This document shows, one piece after another, positions 58,156 through 64,000 of a DNA stretch of 64,000 bases; the stretch's first letter is position 1; every line of letters starts with the position of its first letter. The translations under genes and the position numbers were made by a program. Under the pieces are notes generated by a model that worked only from the letters and a program-made list of their open reading frames with translations, did no database searches and was not told the DNA's origin. The stretch is taken from assembly GCA_951804945.1 (NCBI GenBank), contig OX638149.1, forward strand, positions 114,700,001 through 114,764,000. Direction: 5' to 3'. Source of the stretch: Podarcis cretensis. Taxonomy: Eukaryota.

Positions 58156-60867
58156 CTCAGAAGTAAGACATCTAATGGTGTTCACTCCCAGACAAGCAGA
58201 GCTTGGATTGCAGCCATTGCTAAATATTACTAACCTGAGGGAACAAACTGTAATTAACTTAGTCTAGTTCCCGCCTTTAATATCAAAAGTGAAATATGTT
58301 GCCAAGACTCAGTGTTGACTAATTTCCTCCAGTGGAGACTGGTTATGGCTACTGGAAATCAGCGGAGGAGGACTGGCCCTCTCTCCTTCTGTTCTCCCAT
58401 CAAACCTGGAGGGCTTGGCACCCAAAACAGCAACAGGGCCAGAGCCCTGAGTGAAATTAAACACTGGCCATCTGCGCCAGAAACTCATAATGTTTGGTGC
58501 AGCTAATTGTTCAACACATTATGCAGAATGAGGCAATAGCCTGACGAGGCAATAGCCTGATGAGGCAATCATATTTCTATGTGTTTACACACACACACAC
58601 ACACCAACACACACCAACACACTTACCTCATTGGGTCAAATGAGGCTGCTCCCAAGTCAGTGAGTATAGTTCTATAACCTGAATAGCCAGAATTCTGGAC
58701 TGTGCCAATTCAGAGAGTATAAAATGCTAGAATGTTCCCTCACAAAGAAATATCCATGCATGTATTAAACTGCCAAACCAGGGAGAGGGCAATGCTGATT
58801 TCCACTTACAGATATTTCAGTCTGCTACGCACAAGGATTATTTATACATGGGGGGAGAGGCACTATCTTCTCAGGATCACTGTGGGGCGTGACACCACAT
58901 TCTGACGTCACACGTACAATGTCGCAGTTGAATGCCCTCTGAACATTGATGGGTCACAGTCCCCTCAAAACAAAAACAGGGAGGGGATGAAAGTGCCTCA
59001 GCCCCTAGGAGCCGGAGCCTATGCATGGGGGCACACTGAAAATATGACTCCTCTATTAAGTATCATGCAAAAACCACGCAGAAGGTGAAGTTTATTTAAC
59101 CATATAATGCAATCACCACAGATAAATGAACGTGGTGCCCTCTCAACATTGTTGGACTACATCTCCCATCATCCCTGACCATTGACCATGCTAACCAAGA
59201 CTAATGGAAGCTGTAGTCAAATATCTGGAGGGCACCTCATTGAGAACTCCTTATTACAGTAACCCCTCCACTGAATGAATGAAAGAAAATGAAAAGAGAG
59301 CTGTGGAGACCACAAGGCCTGGCCTCACCCACAGCTGTAGACAACCATCGTGTTCTCTAAATTTATCCAGTACTGTATTGAAATGAGTTCCCCTTGTGTA
59401 CAGATTCCTGCTAGCTTTGTTCATTAATATATCAAAGTTGAAGCTGTTTTCTCGTGGACTCATCTTACAAGGGTGGTAAAGCTGAAAGGCCAGACACACA
59501 GGTCCTTCCCACTCACATTTCACCCTGCCCTGATCCTGGCTGGACAACAACTTGGGTAGCTTTAAAAGAGGATCATACAAGTTCATGGAGAATAAGACTA
59601 CCAGCAGCTATTAGCCACCATGCTTCCACTATCAGAGGCATATCAGTTGCTGGCAATCACAAGAGGGGAAAGTGCTGCTGTGCTCAGATCCTGCTTTGAA
59701 ACTTCCCATAGGCCTTTGACCAAAAGCGCTAGATTGCCCCCAAGATTGAGGAGGCCTGGCGTGCGTCGCACATTTTTGACATCACACATGCATTGTCTTG
59801 TCAACTGGAGGAGACTGAGCGTTCTGGAGAAGTTGGCCACTGGGCATCACACGCACACTTGTAGCACACCAGGCCCCCTCAATATTAAGGGGCATGGCTC
59901 CCTTCCAACAAATATCAAGGGGGCTGTCTTCAGCCCCCCAGAGTTGACGCACCTGCCTCTGACTAGCCACTGTGAAAACAGGGTGGGCCAGTGAGCTACT
60001 GCAACAGACTCTTCTTTACAACCATATACAAGGAACTTGTGAAGTCTGTTAACTGTACAAGTAATTAATATGTGTGGAGAGATGAAATCAAAGCAATAGG
60101 CTCCACCCCTGGTGCCACTGCGATCCCATTAAGCCTGGTACTGGTTGCACATCCATTATCATAAAGGACATTGCTGATTCTACCCTCTCCATCCTCCTGG
60201 GCTGTCCTGCATGCAGTTCTACTGAGTCCTCTGACCTTCAAAAGATGTTTTGGAGGACAGGCACAAGGGGCTGCAACTGGAAGAGGGCTAGGGAAGCCCC
60301 AGAATATGTGTGGAATGCTGAGGGCAGCCCTTCATATCCAGGCCACTGATCCCAATTTAAAATAACGTTACTAAGCACAGCTTTCAGAGTTTCTCATGCA
60401 ACTGGAGTTTTTAAGTTCTGTGCAGATTTTTTTCTAAGTATAGTACAGTGTGGAGGGGGGAAGAAAGAAAATAAACTTTAATGCACTCAGCATTTTAGCC
60501 AGTTATCCCAAGGAGTGCTGACCAGTAAAGACTCATTTTATTGTATTCTGCCTTCTGATGGATTTCAGTGAGCATTTATAAAATGTCAGGGTGCATTACT
60601 CCAATTCTCCATTCTCTGGCATAATATTTTTTTAGAAAGCCTACAAAGTCATCTTCCTGCGCACAAAATAGCTTTGATAACCTGCACTCTCTCGTCAGCA
60701 ATCCTTAGGATAAAACAGTGGATTAATTAACACACAGGAGAGCTAATTGATTCCTTTTTATAAAGTTATTTAATAGCATCAAATACAGAAAGCAATTTCC
60801 TTTCCAACAGGGAAATGCAAATACAAAGATGCCGGAGACACATAATGTACTGACATTATAACACAGC

Positions 60868-60899
<32 letters not shown>

Positions 60900-61581
60900 T
60901 TCATTTTGCGCAGGTTTTTGTATTCAAGTACGATTTCTCTGGGCCTGGTTGTTGTTGTTTTTTTAACTTTTAAACTTGGGCTCCCTTCTTTCTCATGAAA
61001 GGCCTTGTCTGTTTTGGGAAAAGAAATAGTTGTTTGATGGCTATCCTTCAGCTCCTTCAATGTTCCCTTTGTGGGGAACCTGTGGCCCTAAAAATTTTAT
61101 GACACAACAATTCCTACCATCTTTGGCCATTGGCCATAGGGCAGACAGGACTTGCAGTCTGGCAACAAACCAGAATGCCTCCAGCCCTGGTTTAAAATAT
61201 TCATGTTTCTGGCTGCCTGATTTAAATCTGTACTAAGATGTGACAGTATGGGATGCATGTGACAAATGCCCTTCAGATGTTGCTTTAATGTCAATTCTCC
61301 CATGCACTCTGGAGACCAAGGGCCTAACTCGCCAATGTTTTGGGTACTGTGAAGCCTATCCTGAGCTCTCAGTTGTTATTACGGTGCACACCCTGCCCTC
61401 CTGCTGCCAATTAATTGCCAAGCCCTTATTGCTCCTGCTGTCTATGCGTAGGAAAACAACAACATGAATTATGGGGCTTCTAGTTCCTGAATGACTATGT
61501 CACATGATTTGGCCCATGCCTTTCTGTCTCAGCACCAACATGTTCTGATTTCTCTCTCCCCCTCATACATACATAATCTTA

Positions 61582-61583
<2 letters not shown>

Positions 61584-61625
<42 letters not shown>
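61584..61625. repeat. (ATT)n microsatellite
   Basis: Direct reading. Confidence 0.95.
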
Positions 61626-61628
<3 letters not shown>

Positions 61629-62798
61629 ACAACCAAAACACAAACAGTCAAAACAAACAGTGAAACCCCCCCAGGTGGCTGATACATTGGGTATGCAATA
61701 ATCAATAAGAACATATTCAAATCAACCATATGTACAATACATAATCTTACTGATATGCTGCCTTCCCACAGTTCAAAGCATGTTCAAAGCGGCTTACAGC
61801 ATGAAAAAATAAATACATAACTACGACAAAAGTAGTCATTAACAATAATTAAAACATTAAAAGCACACGCAACCAAACAGATCAATCCCCACATAAATCA
61901 CGAGATCAAAAATAAAGATACAACCCCCCCCCAACAATGCCTCCTGCCAACAACAACAACAAAAACCCCTGAAACATCACAGCCCGAGGGTCTGTTCCGT
62001 AGACTCAGCTTTTGTAGCTGAAGTCAGTCAGGGTCCCACCCTCCCAGGCCAAGTGGGAAAAGTCCAGCAAGGCAGGGAGCAGGTCTTCCAGGACTCACAG
62101 CCAAGATGGTCTCTGGTCTCTTCGGCAGCCCCAGCTTTCATAGCTGAAGTTATCCAACCCCCCCCCCCTTCATCTCCCGAAGCATATTTCCTTGGCTAAT
62201 TGCCCTCCTGTCACTTAGGACCAAAGCTCCCATCAGACCCAACCAGTGTGACCAATGGTAACAGATATAACCACAGCAGTAATCTCATAATAAGAATCAG
62301 TGCATCCTTGGGATGCAGAGTTTTGTAACACCTTATGCTCATCTTGGTATCTCTATCCATGGCATGTGGTTGGCTCATCTATTCCATCTCAGAAAAGCAC
62401 CGACCATGTATGTTACAAATAAAAGGCCCGGTCCATTGCAGCTTCCTCCTTGGTACTGGCCGGTGGGGCATATTTGCAGCCTGTTCAGGCTGAGAAAGAC
62501 AGCCTGTCAGATGTGTCACTCACACACTTGTGGACAGGATGGGAGCTGCCTTTCTCCTTCTTTTCGCCCTCTCTCTGTGTGTGTCTCTCAGTGTGACTTC
62601 TTGGTTGCTTCAGGGCCACAAAGGAATTTTTGGGTTGGTTTTTTCAACCTCCTGCATCCTGACTAGCTGGACGATGGGCATTATATTGGTCTGCTGTATT
62701 GTTAAATAGGTTAATCTGGCATTTTATTTGGCCACTGTGGTTTAGGCGCAGGAAGGGGGTAGATGTGTTTCAGCCTGGTGACCCCCTTTCAGCACCTT

Positions 62799-63574
62799 AC
62801 TTTTTGTTCCCCAAATTTTTTTTATTGGTTTTCCAATTTTACAACAAACACACACAAAAGCAAAACATTACAATATTAAAAAGAAGAAAATAAACATATA
62901 AACACCTAACTGTTTGAAGCCCAATTTAGTTTTCATTATTAAGTGACTTCCTCGAATCCCCTCTACCTGAGTTTCCATAAATCTCATTGTAGCAGTTTTC
63001 CAATATCCACTTAACTTAATCAAATTGCTATCTTTCTTTCTCTTCATGATAATTTCAATCCACAATGTTATACAATTCAACATATTTTACTCCTAGGCCG
63101 ATTTGATACTTACAAATAGTTCTACTTATGTTATATTTGAATATCTAGCTAAATAATCCTTAAATTTCTTCCAATCTTCTTGATATTCCTCCTCCTTCTG
63201 ATCGCGGATCCCTTCAGTCAGGTCAGGTCGGCTCCAAAATTCCATCATCTTCATCTGCCATTCCTCCACTGTTGGTATTTCTTGTGATTTCCAGTTTTGG
63301 GCTAACAAAATTCTTGCTGCAGTTGTGGCATCCAAAAACAGTCAAACATCTTTTGGGGGCAATTCCAATCCTATTATTCCAAGTATTATTCCAAGGCTTC
63401 TGGTTTTTTAATAAATGTATATTTCAACATTCCCCCCCCCCAATTCATTATAAATCTTTTCCCAGAAGTCTTTCACCTTAGGACACGTCCACCACATATG
63501 ATAAAAGGTACCTTCCTTTTCTTTACATTTCCAGCATAAGTTATCACTCATATGGTAAATCTTTGCTAGTTTTA
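62799..63574 (-). mobile_element. L1 LINE 3' fragment (ORF2 zinc-knuckle region, 3' UTR, A-rich tail)
   Basis: Minus strand encodes NLCWKCKEKEGTFYHMWWTCPKVKDFW (CCHC knuckle) and ATTAARILLAQNWKSQEIPTVEEW. 14-bp TSD CCTTTCAGCACCTT (62785-62798 / 63575-63588). Confidence 0.93.
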
Positions 63575-63737
63575 CCTTTCAGCACCTTTCTGGGTGATGG
63601 GCTGGCCCTGAGATTTGCCCTCTGGGCTCTGGAGTAGGATAGGGGCTGCCTTTGAGGCTAAACTGTCTTTCCTATCTGAAGCTATGGGGCTTGTGGTTGT
63701 TGATGAAGCAGCATAGGCCTCCCTACTCAACTTCATG

Positions 63738-63781
63738 GAGAAGAGAAGAGAAGAGAAGAGAAGAGAAGAGAAGAGAAGAGA
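63738..63781. repeat. (AGAAG)n pentanucleotide microsatellite
   Basis: Direct reading. Confidence 0.95.
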
Positions 63782-64000
63782 GGTTGGACAGCCGTGCCTC
63801 CACTTCCTGCAGCTAAGGGCTTTGGACTCCCTAGAGGTTGCAGTTTGTTCAGGTTTGCTTTCGCACCAATAGTGTTTTCCCTCTTCAGGGGCTTTTCATT
63901 GGTTTTCATTTTAAATAGAGTGGCCCAGCCTCTATGTCTATCTCTTTAGTTGGCCATCAGTCTGCAAAAGCCCCAGCTAGCATGGACAACATGATGGTGA

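Noticed and set aside
58529-58570. 16-bp tandem repeat (GAGGCAATAGCCTGAY) x2.6
   Set aside because: An ordinary slippage duplication with no sign of function.

Overview
This is eukaryotic, repeat-rich, apparently non-coding DNA (intronic or intergenic) from a squamate reptile. A lacertid lizard is most likely, inferred from Sauria SINEs, BovB LINEs and young CTT-tailed CORE SINEs. I cannot support any host protein-coding gene, rRNA, intact tRNA gene or CRISPR array. Every ORF I can recognise is a piece of a dead retrotransposon (BovB, CR1, L1, and another RT-LINE). The window holds LINE fragments, four or more SINE families, Tc1/mariner (Tigger-like) and hAT MITEs with visible TIRs and TSDs, two solo LTRs, Penelope-like remnants, probable DIRS/Ngaro-type remnants, microsatellites and a 147-N gap. 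Four observations stand out: (1) two independent BovB insertions 47 kb apart share two non-CpG in-frame stop codons and a short duplication, pointing to a defective trans-mobilised source or to gene conversion; (2) a complete 1.6-kb TSD-flanked L1-type element has a CpG-rich, hairpin-packed 5' end but no ORF2; (3) two CR1-tailed SINEs carry different tRNA heads; (4) a 59-bp template-switch hairpin sits inside a MITE. I found no convincing new multi-gene system. Family names come from pattern recall, not a database search.
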